Positions 1 through 13,742 of a DNA stretch of 64,000 bases are shown here, in pieces (the stretch's first letter is position 1; each line of letters starts with the position of its first letter). Origin of the DNA: Octopus vulgaris (taxonomy: Eukaryota); the NCBI GenBank assembly GCA_951406725.2, contig OX597817.1, forward strand, positions 161,324,001-161,388,000, given 5' to 3'. A model generated the notes under the pieces. That model was not told the origin of the DNA, ran no database searches, and was given only the letters and a program-made list of their open reading frames with translations. A program made the position numbers and the translations under genes.

Positions 1-152
1 CCTGGTTTTCATAGTGGACACTGTAGTGATAATGGTAGTAGTGGAGATTGTGGTAGATGGTAGTGGTGGTGGGGGTTGAGGGTGGTGGTTTGGAAGGTCT
101 CTCAGGTTTTTTTTTCCCTCTAGCATTGAAATTAAGGATAGATGATATGTGA

Positions 153-193
<41 letters not shown>

Positions 194-194
<1 letters not shown>

Positions 195-376
195 GCACAT
201 GAGTGGCTGTATGGTAAGAAGCTTGCTTCCCAACCATATGGTTCCAGGTTCAATCCCACTGCATGGCACCTTGAGCAAGTGTCTTCTACTATAGCCTTGA
301 GCCGACCAAATCCTTGTGAGTGGATTTGGTAGATGGAAACTGAAAGAAGCCCGTCATATATATATATGTATGTATG

Positions 377-412
<36 letters not shown>

Positions 413-649
413 CATATATACATACATACATATATTTATATGTATGTATTTGTGTGTCTGTGTTTGTCTCCCCACCATCACTTGACAACTGATGTTGGGG
501 TGTTTATGTCCCTGTAACTTAGCAGTTCAGTAAAAGAGACCAATCGAATAAGTACTAGACTTACACAGAATAAGTCCTGGGGTCGCTTTGTTCAACTAAA
601 AGTGGTGCTCCAGCATGGCCGCAGTCAAATGACTGCAATCAGTAAAAGA
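194..649 (+). mobile_element. tRNA-derived SINE family A with an internal (TA)n/(TG)n tract
   Basis: A/B-box-like TGGCTGTRTGG / GGTTCARTCCC; near-full copies also at 4879-5260(+), 46891-47262(+), 47485-47952(-), 51452-51851(-), 53229-53610(+), 61765-62142(-), plus many fragments. Confidence 0.88.
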
Positions 650-1019
650 AATATATGTATCCATATATATATATATAATCTTGAATGTGACATTGTGGTG
701 GTGATGATAATGATAGTGATGATGATAATGATAGTGATGATGATAATGATGGTGGTGATGATGATGATGACAATGGTGTTAGTAGTGGTTGTGGTGTTGA
801 TAATGGTGATGGTGATGGTTATTTAAACTGTGATGATTGTTTATGGAGATTTGGTAATAATATTGATGATGATGATGATGATGCAGAAATTGCCGTTTGC
901 ACCTACCAAACCTAACCTGCATATCTTGAGATATACGAGATGAATGTTGGAAGAGTTGGTAGCTGAAATGCTTTACTTAAGGGCCCAACTGAGTACCCAG
1001 ATGAAATTTTGTTTCAGGT

Positions 1020-1411
1020 GGATGGATGGAAGCACTCCGTCGGTTACGACAACGAATGTTCCGGTTGATCCGAATCAACGGAACAGCCTGCTCGTGAAAT
1101 TAACGTGTAAGTGGATGAGCACTCCACAGACACGTGCACCCTTAACGTAGTTCTCGGGGATATTCAGCGTGACACAGGGAGTGACAAGGCCGGCCCTTTG
1201 AAATACAGGTACAACAGAAACAGGAAGTAAGAGTGAGAGAAAGTTGTGGTGAAAGAGTACAGCAGGGATCACCACCATCCCCTGCCGGAGCCTCGTGGAG
1301 CTTTAGGTGTTTTCGCTCGATAAACACTCACAACGCCCGGTCTGGGAATCGAAACCGCGATCCTATGACCGCGAGTCCGCTGCCCTAACCACTAGGCCAT
1401 TGCGCCTCCAC
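1020..1411 (-). mobile_element. tRNA-derived SINE family D
   Basis: head GGAGGCGCAATGGCCTAGTGGTTAGGGCAGCGGACTCGCGG..GGTTTCGATTCCC; TSD TTTGTTTCAGGT at 1008-1019 and 1412-1423; same head near 28915, 46215, 58813 and 61340. Confidence 0.88.
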
Positions 1412-1467
1412 TTTGTTTCAGGTATTAGTCAGTCAAACGATTTAACCACAAAGCAATACTGAATCTT

Positions 1468-1885
1468 CATCATCATCATCGTTTAACATCCGCTTTCTAT
1501 GCTAGCATGGGTTGGACGATTTTGACTGAGGGCTGGCGAACCAGATGGCTGAACCAGGCTCCAATCCTGATTTGGCAGAGTTTCTACAGCTGGATGCCCT
1601 TCCTAACGCCAACCACTCCGAGAGTGTAGTGGGTGCTTCTTACGTGCCACCGGTACGGGGACCAGTCAGGCGGTACTGGCAACGATCTCGCTCGAATCTT
1701 TTTACACATGCCACCAGCACAGGTGCCAGTAAGGCGACATTGGTAACGATCACGCTTGAATGGTGCCCTTTTACGTGCCAATGGCACAGAAGCCAGTTGG
1801 CAGCTCTGGCAACGATCATGCTCGGATAGTGCTCTTGGCACCCTACTAGCACGGGGACAACAGTAAGGCAACACTGGTAACGCTA
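1468..1885 (-). mobile_element. SINE family C with a (GAT)n tail and internal GTGCCACCGGCAC-type subrepeats
   Basis: 3' end AACCCATGCTAGCATGGAAAGCGGACGTTAAACGATGATG shared with 3566-3740, 12520-12900, 14435-14605, 15465-15633, 18955-19125, 49955-50300, 63240-63622. Confidence 0.82.
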
Positions 1886-2901
1886 TTAAGTATTTTGCAT
1901 AAATTTTGTTTCTCTGCACTGAATCAGGATGAAGCTACAAGTAATAGTGTATGCCAAGTATTATCAATTTACACTATCCTGACATAACTTTACATTCATC
2001 TCACAATATATTACTCAAATAACACCTATTCTGCACGATTATCTCCATCATTATTATCATTTAATATTTCCTTTTCCATGCTAGCATAGGTTGGTCAGTT
2101 CAACAAGAGCTGGTGATTCAGAGGGTTATGTTGGACTCCTATGTCTCTGCTTTGGTTCGGATTCCATAAGCTGATGTGCTTTGTAACAGCAGCCACTTTA
2201 CAGAGTGTACTGGAGATATTTTTTTTTTTTTTTGTGGCATCAACACTAAATAAGGTTACTAAGTACTCATAAGACAAGAGCCCTCAATTGGGTGGGGTTA
2301 TTGTATTGAAGGAGGTGAAAGTATGATAGAGGGACAAGAGCTGGTGTCTTGTTGAAGAGAATTCATGACTTCTTCAGCTGGTGAGAGAGAGACAGAGAGG
2401 GCAGGGAGAGAATTATAAACACAAGACCAGAAGCATTTAGGGGAGAGGTAAGTTATACCACTGACCCCTCCACTACCAATTCTAGACCGATATTTTACTT
2501 CATCAATCCCCAATGCAAAGTTAATGAATTATAGTAATAATAATCCTCTCTGCTAAAGGCACAAGGCGTGAAAAATTTTGTGAGAGGGGATAAGTCGATT
2601 ACATCGACCCCCAATGTTTCACTGGTCCTTAATTTATTGACTCCAAAAGGATGAAAGGCAAAGTTGATTACATCAACCCCATGGGTAAAAGGTAAAGTTG
2701 GTTACAAAGCTGATTACATCAACTCAAAAGGGTAAAAGGTAAAGTCAGCCTTAGTGGAATTTGAACTCAGAATGTGAAGACAGGCAAAATGTCACAATAA
2801 GAATGACAATAATATGAATGCTGATATTAAAGTAACAGCTCTTACTACTGTATTACTCTTTGTGAGCTTGGTTGTCTAATACATACTTTCTTATTTTGCA
2901 G

Positions 2902-2988
2902 TGCACGTATCAAATGAGGCTTATTTGGCTGAGAACCTCGAGAGGTTGAGTAAGAATGCCAGTACACGGGACCAAGAAGAAGAAATTG
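2902..2988 (+). CDS. ASAP1: ASAP1/2-like Arf-GAP, first exon in window (BAR domain): HVSNEAYLAENLERLSKNASTRDQEEEI(G)
   Basis: ttttgcag acceptor, G|gtaaag donor, phase 1-1; resembles vertebrate ASAP1 HVQNEENYAQVLDKFGSNF..DLG; joins in frame to 28308. Confidence 0.88.
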
Positions 2989-4519
2989 GTAAAGTATTAT
3001 TATTATTATTATTGGTATACTGTTCAATGTTGATAGACATTTTTGGTGTTGGTATACATTATCATTGCAGTTATTGGTATTTAGTAGATGTTTCAATCTT
3101 AGTTTCTGGTATTGACGGACACTCTGTTATTGTAAGACCTCCCGGTCTTGTGGGTCTTAAGTTTGCAAGCCAGTCCCTTTGCAAAGCCTATAAGATGTTG
3201 AGTATTACAGGGACCAACAGGAAGATGGCTATCTAGTTGGCTACAGAAGCTGCAGAGGTTTGCCTCAAGATGTCCTTGGATCAGGAGGTGTGATCCCTGG
3301 AGGAGATAGTGCTACCTGGGTTAGTGTTAAATTGACACAAACTGGATCTTGATTACTTATGGTTAGATTGCCTGGGTGAGGGTGTCTGATTATAGAAAGA
3401 CCCATAACACCCAATGACCCCAGGAAACATTACTGGAAATGTGTCAAGATGATGTATAGAAAATCTATTTTCAACCTATTATTAAACATTTGTAGACTTT
3501 TAATCAGTCAGTGCAGGTATTAGACAGACCATTGTTGGTTGATTGTTCTTATTAATAAAACAGTTCACACTCTCGGAGTGGTTGGCATTAGGAAGGGCAT
3601 CCAGCTGTAGAAACTCTGCCAGATCAAGATTGGAGTCTGGTGCTGCCATCTGATTCGCCAGCTCTCAGTCAAATCGTCCAACCCATGCTAGCATGGAAAG
3701 CGGACGTTAAACGATGATGATGATCATGATGATGATGATGTAGAATCAACATCATTAATTCACCTCCTAAAGATGGCACTTGGAATTTAGACTAGGGCAA
3801 CATTATCCATTCTCCTAAGGATAATCCTTAAAATGCATAATTAAAAAAAGATATCTATAGTCTTTCTCCTAAGCATACCTCCTGGCATAGAACCAACAGC
3901 AGCTACACTTTTCCCTTAAAGATGGCTTCTGAAATGTAGAATCAACAGGAATGTTAGTTCATCTTCTAAATATAGTCCCTAGCTTATAGAACCAACAGCA
4001 GCAAGAAACCTTGTTCTTAACATTGGCCCCTAATGTGTACCATCCTTTTTCTTGAACATGGTCCCTAACGGTAAAAAGCAGTTTCATATTCCCTGAATAT
4101 AGTCCCTGATGCAATGTGTCAATAGTTAAAGCAATCTATCTAAAAAAAAAAAATACGCTGGCAGATCCTAAAGTTGACCCTCCAGTAATGGGACCCTACT
4201 GCCCTTCTGATCTTAAAGACAACTCCCCCACCTAATGTAGAGAATCTAACTTCCCTACCCTAAATGCTTAAAATAGATCAAAGGCACTTCTGTGTCTGAA
4301 TTTAAATGTACCAAGGCTAGCGTGTGTACATTTACATGTGCATATGTGTGTGAATATGTTTATCAGTGTGTGTGTGTATGTTTGCACATGGGTATATTAG
4401 GAATATTTATGTATACTTGTGTGTTCCCATGTATGTATATCCTCTTCCCTTCACTAAGATATATCACAATATGACAGCAATAATATAGATATGATCATGC
4501 ATACTTGGAAAATTTTGCT

Positions 4520-6845
4520 CATTGACAAGGGTTTTTCCTAGATTAAAAAATCAGATTCTGTGGAGTTCATTCGACATCATTATGAGGTTATTTGATAGCG
4601 CAGAGATATGCAGTCTTATTGGTTTATATATCTTAAATACAGCTAAAGTGAAATTCGTCACAATAGAAATAAGTTTATGCAGAGATGATGTGTTGGCTAT
4701 ATTCCAGCATGTCAATAATGTTAGCATTAGATGCATTTAGAAAGGAACTCATTAACATCTTCAATAACTCAATAACTCCAGCCTAAAAATAACTATTTTT
4801 CATGCTGGTTGTACAGCTGTAACTCTGTTTTAGGTTAATTCTGTTGAATAATCTATGTATTAAAATATTTTAAAACAAGTGTAGGAGTGGCTGTGTGGTG
4901 AGTAGCTTGCTTACGAACCACATGGTTCCGGGTTCAGTCCCATTGCATGGCACTGTGGGCATGTGTCTTCTACTATAGCCTCGGGCCAACCAAAGCCTTG
5001 TGAGTGGATTTGGTAGACGGAAACTGAAAGAAGCCAGTCGTATATATATGTGTGTGTGTGTTTGTGTGTCTGCGTTTGTCCTCCCAACATCACTTGACAA
5101 CCGATGGTGGTGTGTTTACGTCCCCGTTAGCTGTTCGGCAAAAGAGACTGATAGAATAAGTACTAGGCTTACAAAGAATAAGTCCTGGGGTCGATTTGTT
5201 TGACTAAATGCAGTGCTCCAGCATGGCCACAGTCACATGACTGAAACAAGTAAAAGAGTAGAAAGAGTATTGACATTACCTTCAACTCGAGAAATACAAA
5301 TCATATTGCAGACCTGAAGAAAAACTCGCATTGATGGAGATTTCTACCACTCACTCATAGTTTCAAAAATCTGATTAATAATTTAGCCAGCCAGCCATTT
5401 TCTCTGCTCACTATTCATGAAACTGTTGTGGGAGTAGAGTCCTCAGGCACCTCCTCTACAGGGTCTCATTAGAAGCAACCATAATTACATTTTGCAGCTG
5501 GATTCTCAAGCGTGACGAACCAAGACAACAGATATTATCCAACCATCTCATTTTTGGTCTATCCCCAGGAACTCCTGTAGGTTGGCTTGGCATGAAGAAT
5601 CTGACATGCTGTTATTTCCTGTGACATTGAGTACTGGAGCTGTGACCACTCAAAGTGTTGGAACAACAGCATGACTGGAAAACTCTTTGATTTCTGAGCC
5701 ATCCACTCTGTGAAGTAACATGACTTCAGAGTGCCTTTTGGAGGAATTACATTTTTGGCTGCTTGTATTCATGATTTGTACTCTTTTAGCCATTGCCCAA
5801 TATTCATGACCATGGTTGAAGATAAGTATGAAAACCAGATTGAAGACAGCAAGTTTAGCTTTTTTTTTACCAAAATTTCCTCATCTGAGGATTGAATACC
5901 GGAGCTGGTAGGCACAAGGCCTGAAATTTGGGGGAAGGGATTAAGCCAATTACATCAACCCCAGTGTGTAACTGGTACTTATCTAATCAACCCTGAAAGT
6001 ATGAAAGGCAAAGTTGACCTCAGCAGAATTTGAACTCAGAACGAAGTGACAGGCGAAGTACCACTAAGCATTTCGTCCAGTGTGCTAATGATTCTGCCAG
6101 CTCACCATCTTAGGAGCTGATTACTAATAAAAGTAGATACTTCTAACTGGTCATCAATTATGAAACCTTTGACTAAGCAGTCTCTTGCTACAATAGTGCT
6201 AGAAGCTAAAAGATTTGAAAATATGATCACTTATATGATCCCTTAACCCTGATATCTAATGTAAGAAGAGATCCTGCATAATTAACTGGTTTGTGTGTTC
6301 TTTCACCTTAGATATTAAGTCTAGTATTGCTAAAACCTTTCTAGCCTTAATAAATAAATGTTTCTTCATGAATCACTAATATAGAAAATTATTCAACAGA
6401 ATTAACCTCAAACTGAGTTACAGCTGTACAACTAATAGGTAAAATAAAAAGCAACCAATTAAATAAACTGTAGTACATACAGAAATACAAATATATGCCA
6501 TCTTAGCCTATCATGCAATACTGAAGGGGTTATTCACCAAATTAAATTTTAAAATCATTGTAAACTCTATGGAGGCATTATAGAAGGTATATTTAAATAA
6601 TGATACTTCAGCCATACTTTATCCTTTAGAAATATAAAAACAAGAAATGCAACAAAACAATTCAATTACATCTGGAATTTGAGATGCAGACCATACAGAA
6701 ATGGTACAAAAGGCCAGAAGTTATTCATAGTTAGAAAGAACCTTATACTCAGTAACTTTAATAAACCTGAAAACTATCTAATTATCAAATCAGAGATCTT
6801 CATTAATTGTCACCACTCTGACAAGTACCTTCTGAAGCACTACCT
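4520..6845 (+). pseudogene. old, decayed PLE (RT core, linker, GIY-YIG) interrupted by SINEs
   Basis: FDIIMRLFDSAEICSLIGLYIL..LCRDDVLA (RT MG..DGAE/YRDD region) at 4570-4705; FLALINKCFFMNH*YRKLFNRINLKLSYSCTTN at about 6335-6440 and HTLSFR..YIWNLR at about 6610-6685, homologous to the young PLE. Confidence 0.8.
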
Positions 6846-7659
6846 GATTGAATGGATAATAATTTTTTCTCTATTTCTGTCCCTGGTTTTTAACCCACTA
6901 TTATGTACTCCCTAACACAATAGTCATTGTCATTTATACTGTTAATTCCTGCCAATAACTCATTATATCATATAACAATACCTTCTCTGATACCTTCATA
7001 ATTTCAACTCATTAACTTTCCATGCTTATTATTACTTACTATAGTCATAGTCCATAAGTCTTTAATCCCTTTTTTTTTTAACTTAGTCAGTAGAAATAAT
7101 AATTATTAATGTAGAAGCAACTAGTATTGTCTCTTAACATATTTTCAAAAGTCATATGCAATTCTGAAAACTCTGCATCATACAAAAAAATAAATAACAG
7201 TGTATATACAGGAGTGGGTGTGTGTGGTCAGTAGCTTGCTTACCAACCACATTAGTTGTCAAGCGATGGTTGGTGGGAGGACACAAACACAAAGACACAC
7301 ACACATAAATATATACAGGCATGTATACATACGTACATGTATCATCATCATCATCCTTTAAAGTCTGTTTTCCATGCTAGCATGGGTTGGACAGTTCGAC
7401 CGGGGTCTGGGAAACCAGGAGGCTGCACCAGGCTCCAGTCTGATTTGGCAGTGTTTCTCCCACTGAAAGCCCTTCCTAACGCCAACCACTCCGTGAGTGT
7501 AGTGGGTGCTTTGTACGTTCCACCGGCACAGGTGCCAGGGAGGCGGGCAGCAGCCACGATCGGATGGTGCTCTTTATGTGCCACCGGCATACGTATCACA
7601 ACTACAATTTCCATTTGATTTTTTGATGTTGATGTACTTGACTCAATAGGTTTCCTCAA

Positions 7660-7975
7660 GCAGAGCAGGTTGCCCTATGATCCAAGGTAAGCACAGCAAG
7701 CCATCCTGCAATCCAAGGTACTTTGGATGGGCTGGGGCTTCTATGTGAAGCTGGTGCAGGAAACAGCCATGAACTCATGTTATTTGTTGGGTCTTTGCAG
7801 TCACAGCATATCTCCCAGAGGTCTCGGTCTTTCGTCATTGCCTCTGTGAGGCCCAACGTTCGAAGGTCATGCTTGACCACCTCATCACATGTCTTCCTGG
7901 GTCTACCTCAACCTCGGTTTCCATCAACTGTTTGGGAGTGGCACTTCTTCACACATCTCTCCTCATCCATCCGTA
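7660..7975 (-). mobile_element. RTE-clade LINE 3' fragment
   Basis: GRPRKTCDEVVKHDLRTLGLTEAMTKDRDLW, a typical RTE ORF end; related piece at 30570-30745. Confidence 0.78.
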
Positions 7976-8666
7976 GTACATATATATATATATATGCACA
8001 TACACACAACAGGCTTCTTTCAGTTTCCATCTACCACATCTACTCACAAGGCTTTGGTTGGCCTGAGGTTGTAGTAGAAGACACTTGTCCAAGGTGCCAC
8101 GCAGTGGGACTGAACCTGGAACTATGTGGCTTTGAAGCAAACTTCTTTACCACCCAGCCACATGCATACATACATTCACCACCTCCACCACCCACACACA
8201 CAACAGATCAAGCTTCCGCTCAGTTTCTGTCTTCCTCAATTCACACACAAGGAATTTGTCAACCCAAGGTTATATTGAAAAAAGGACATTTGTCCAAGAC
8301 GCTGCATTGTGGGACTGAACCTGATATCACACGGTTGCAAAGCAAACTTCTTAACCGCACAGCCATGCCTGTCCCTTTACACATGTATACGCGTGTGTGC
8401 ATGTGTGTGTTCTGTACTGGAATGTTCCACTACGTGAGCCAGTACACATCAATAAATTCTTCCTTTCCTATCAAAATGGCTATTCATCACATTTAGTTTG
8501 GATTTTACTGACGTTTGTCTCCTTTTTAATCAAACTGATTTCTCTTCACACCTCCTCCTTCCTCTCCTATTTTTCTCCTCATTCATTTTCTTTCTCATTC
8601 TTACTCTCCTCAGTTGCCTTGTCCTTCTGCCTACATACTCACCTTCCATCCATTTCTTCATCGGTC

Positions 8667-8800
8667 TCCTCCTCCTCCTCATCATCATCATCACCGCCAC
8701 TACCGCCATCACCACCACCACCATCATCATCATCATCACTGCCACTACCGCCATCACCACCACCACCATCATCATCATCATCACCGCCACTACCGCCATC

Positions 8801-8831
<31 letters not shown>

Positions 8832-9048
8832 CCGCCACTACCGCCATCCACCACCACCACCATCATCATCATCACCGCCACTACCGCCATCACCACCACC
8901 ATCATCATCATCATCACCACCACTACCGCCATCACCACCACCATCATCATCATCATCACCGCCATCACCACCACCATCATCATCATCATCACCATCCACT
9001 ACCACCATCACCACCACCACCATCATCATCATCACCATCATCATCATC

Positions 9049-9082
<34 letters not shown>

Positions 9083-9099
9083 CCGCCACTACCGCCACC

Positions 9100-9130
<31 letters not shown>

Positions 9131-9290
9131 CCGCCACTACCGCCATCACCACCACCACCATCATCATCCTCCTTCTTCTTCTTCTCATCATCACTGCCAC
9201 CACCACCACCATCATCATCCCTCTTCTTCTTCTTTTTTCTTCTTCTTCTCATCATCACCGTCATCATCATCATCATCATCATCATCATCG
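8667..9290. repeat. (CAT/CAC)n compound trinucleotide array
   Basis: seen directly. Confidence 0.95.
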
Positions 9291-9420
9291 TTAATTACTT
9301 TCCCTAGTGTCTTCTGTCTTTTGCTTTGTTTTCCTTCTGTCTGTCTCTGTTTGTCTTTGTCTCTCTTTCTCCCTCCTTTCCTCCCCTCCACCCTTCCGTA
9401 TTCTTACAGACATCTTGTCT

Positions 9421-9746
9421 GTTATCATTATTATCATTATTATCATTATTATCTATTATCATTATCATTATTATTATCATTATTATTATTATTATTATTA
9501 TTACTATTATCATTATTATCATTATCATTATTATTATTATCATTATTATTATTATCATTATTATTATTATCATTATTATTATTATTATTATCATTATTAT
9601 TATTATTATTATTACTATTATTATTATTATCATTATTATTATTATCATTATTATTATTATCATTATTATTATTATTATTATCATTATTATTATTATCATT
9701 ATCATTATTATTATTATCATTATTATTATTATTACTATTATTATTA

Positions 9747-9777
<31 letters not shown>

Positions 9778-9889
9778 CATTATTATCATTATTATTATTA
9801 TTATTACTATTATCATTATTATTATTATCATTATTATTATTATCATTATCATTATTATTATTATCATTATTATTATTATATTATTATTA

Positions 9890-9965
<76 letters not shown>

Positions 9966-10041
9966 TATTATTATCATTATTATTATTATTACTATTATCA
10001 TTATCATTATTATCATTATTATTATTATTATTATCATTATT
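9421..10041. repeat. (ATT/ATC)n array of about 620 bp
   Basis: seen directly. Confidence 0.95.
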
Positions 10042-10999
10042 CCAGCATCTTCCCCCTTTATTATTTTCGTCTTTATATTTCTTCCTCTGACTTTATGTGT
10101 ATTTATGTTTCTTCAGTCACCTTCTAACATTCTTTGCACACACACACACACCCCGGACACACACCCCCACCCCCTCCACCACCCCATTCCCACACCACCA
10201 CCGCCACCTTTCTAATAGTTTCGGAACTAAAACTACAGCATCCTGCTCGTGGACATGTCATGGGGGGAGGGGGAGGGGGAGGGAGGACGAAGGGCATGGA
10301 GAAGATTTGCGACACATTGCCAGTTTTTTGACGCTGCATTCACTGATGCAGTGACTGCTGCTGATGCTGATGCTGCTGTTATTCTGGCTGCAGCTGCTGT
10401 TGATGGTGTTGCTGCTGCTGTTGCCGCTGCCGCCGCTGCTGTTTGCAACTGTCAACCTTCCCTTACTGTTGTTATTCTATCGCCTCTCCCTGCTTTCTAC
10501 CCCCCCCCCCCCCATCATACATTTCTCGACTCTGTGAGACTGACACACAGACAGTGTGTGTGTGTGTGTGTCTCGTGCACATCTCTGTGTGTATGTGTAC
10601 TGAGGTGTGTGTGCCTTGTGCACATCTGTGTGTGTATGTATACTTAGGTGTGTGTGTGTGTGTGTGTGTGTGTCCATGTGTGTTGTAGATGTGCCCTTCT
10701 CTATGTGCGTGTGTGTACTTATTTTAGTAGGTGTGTGTGTGTGTGTGTGTGCATGTGTATTTTAGTGTGTGTGTGTGTGCACATGTGTATTTTTATGTGT
10801 GTGTGTATGTATGTGTGTGTGTATGTATGTGTATGTATGTGTGTGTGTATGTATGTGTGTGTGTATGTATGTGTGTGTCGTGTATGTGTAATGTAGATGG
10901 ATAGACACATAGGTGAAATTGAAAGAAAGTGAGTGTGAGTGAGAGTTAGATAATGAACTCTAATACTTCACTCCAACTTTGCACTCAACTATAAGAGGC

Positions 11000-11522
11000 A
11001 CACACACACACACATACAACTACACACACATACAGCCATGTACGATCACATACATACACACACACACACATACAACTACACACACATACAGCCATGTACG
11101 ATCACATACACACACACACATACAACTACACACACATACAGCCATGTACGATCACATACATACACACACACACAACAACTACACACACATACAGCCATGT
11201 ATGATCACATACACACACACACACATACAGCCATGTACGATCACCTACACACACACACATACAACTACACACACATACAGCCATGTACGATCACATACAT
11301 ACACACACACACACACCTACACACACATACAGCCATGTATGATCACATACACACACACACATACAGCCATGTATGATCACATACACACACACACACACAC
11401 ACACACATACAGCCATGTACGATCACCTACATACACACACTCACACATACAACTACACACACATACAGCCATGTACGATCACATACATACACACACTCAC
11501 ACATACAACTATACACACATAC
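11000..11522. repeat. CA-rich minisatellite, core CACATACAGCCATGTACGATCACA
   Basis: about 10 variable-length units. Confidence 0.9.
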
Positions 11523-13742
11523 ATATGCATACTCTCATTCATACATACACATGCGATGGCTGCCGGTAGATTCCATGCTGTCTCACATTCCTCCTCATCA
11601 GCTGTCTGGAATTCATATCCATTTGCAGTGTTATTCGACTGTGTCTGGCAATATTGCTCCCTTGAGTGGCTGGGCAGTGATGATGTTGACCGATGTCTGT
11701 TTGGGAGCTCAGCTCTGTGTGTGCATGCGCACGCATGTGTGTGTGTGTGTACGTGTGTGTTCGTGTGCATGTGTTTATGTGATAGCACAGACATGTATGT
11801 AATATAAGTTGGATGCTTTAAATTCCTGGAGGGAGACATGTCTGCTAGAAGTTGCAGAAGTAAGTGTTGGAACAAAGTAGCTAGGAGACAGATCTGGCAG
11901 ATTAGGTGAAATGGTGTTTTAACGTCATTATAGAAGAGAACACTATAGAGCAAGCAAACCTGTCAAACCCATTCATCATCATCATTATTATTGCATCATC
12001 ATTTTAAATTCCATCTGATCCATGCAAGTAAGGAAAAGTGGATATCAAATGATGATGATGTGAGGACAATGGTGAAGATGATGTGACAATAATGAAGATG
12101 GTGTGAGAATGATGATGAAGATGATATGAGAATGATGATGGTAGACTGTGACTTGAGAGAGATCTGGCTGCTATGTTTAATAAGTAGAGCAACCACTTAG
12201 AGGTTGCCTCATCTGACACAATGATCTTTGCTTCTTTTATTACTCCTAAGGAAATGCACGATTTTCACTTTGATTAATTTTCAAAATAATGAAGAATTTA
12301 TCAAAATAATTGTCGGTATTAAACTCTGGCAGAATCATTACCACACTAAGCAAAATTCTTAGCAGCAATTCATCCATCTGAGTTCAAATTCTGCCAAGGT
12401 CGACTTTACCTTTCATCCTTTCAGGGTAGATAAAATAAGCACCAATTGACTACTGATGTCATGGCTGGATTAAGACCCATAAAAGCCCTAAGCATTTAAA
12501 TGATTTTTGTGCCACCATATCATCATCATCATCATCGTTTAATGTCCGCTTTCCATGCTAGCATGGGTTGGACGATTTGACTGAGGACTGGTGAACTAGA
12601 TGGCTGCACCAGGCTCCACCCTGATCTGGCAGAGTTTCTACAGCTGGATGCCCTTCCTAACGCCAACCACTCCGAGAGTGTAGTGGGTGCTTTTCCGTGT
12701 CACTGGCACGAGGGCCAGTCAGGTGGTATTAGTAAAAGCCACACTCAAATGGTGTTTTTTAACTGCCACCTGAACAGGAGCCAGTCCAACAGTACTGGCA
12801 ACGACCTCGCTTGAATGTTTTTTCACGTGCTACTGGCACAAGTGCCAGTAAGGTGATGCTGGTAACGATGACGCTTGAACGGTGCTTTTTACGTGCCACC
12901 AGAAAACCATATATATGTAATTTACATTCCGCCATATCTATTTAATTCCAATTATAAGCAATAATAAACCATAAAAAAAATTTTTTGTTTTTCAAAATGA
13001 AATGAAACTAACAGTAAAATGGAAAATAATATTTATTTTTCTATACTTCCATTTTATTTATATTTGAAAAGTTTTCTCCTACTTTTTTTTAATTGAGAAG
13101 CCTTTGATCAAATCTTCACTATGAATACTTCAAAATTATATTTCCAATCACATAAACCACTTCAAATGTTATTTTAGCAAGTTTAAAGTGATTTTTTAGT
13201 ATCTTAAACCATTTACCATTTCAATGGTGCCCCTCTTCCCTTGATTCCCTAAGTATGTGCTTATTTTGCTCAGTGGTTAATCAAGTGCTGTCCGAGGTCA
13301 ATGTAATTGATCTACCATCTCCCCCAAAATTACTGGTCTTGTGCCAAAATTTGAAACCATTATTAAACTCTGGCAGAAGTGCTAGTGTGCTGGACAAAAT
13401 ACCTAATGCCATTTCTTCTGCTTCTTTACATTCTGAGTTCAAATACCACTAATATCAACTTAGTCCTCTTTTTGTCTTTTCTTCTTACTCTGTTCACTCG
13501 TCTTTTCCTTCTTCCTACATATTCTCCTTCAGGTGATCTGAAGACAATGAATTAAGTACCAGCCAAGACTTTTTCACATCCCGAGCATTAAACTAATACA
13601 TCTGTTTGTTGTCTACACCACTTGTCTTCGCCTTTTGTTTTTTTTTGTGAATTCTCCCCTATATATATATATTATTAATAGTTAGGGAAAAAAATTTCAA
13701 TTCAGCACACTAAATGAAAATTCACAATATATTATATATATA

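Noticed and set aside
1335-1411. tRNA-like sequence (also near 28915, 46215, 58813 and 61340)
   Set aside because: These are SINE heads continuous with SINE bodies, some with TSDs; not tRNA genes
7723-8496. 257-aa ORF
   Set aside because: Antisense RTE fragment joined to SINE A pieces; chance open frame
8397-10215. Long ORFs (576, 302, 269, 254 aa)
   Set aside because: Translations of (CAT/CAC)n and (ATT)n arrays; homopolymeric, with no domain content
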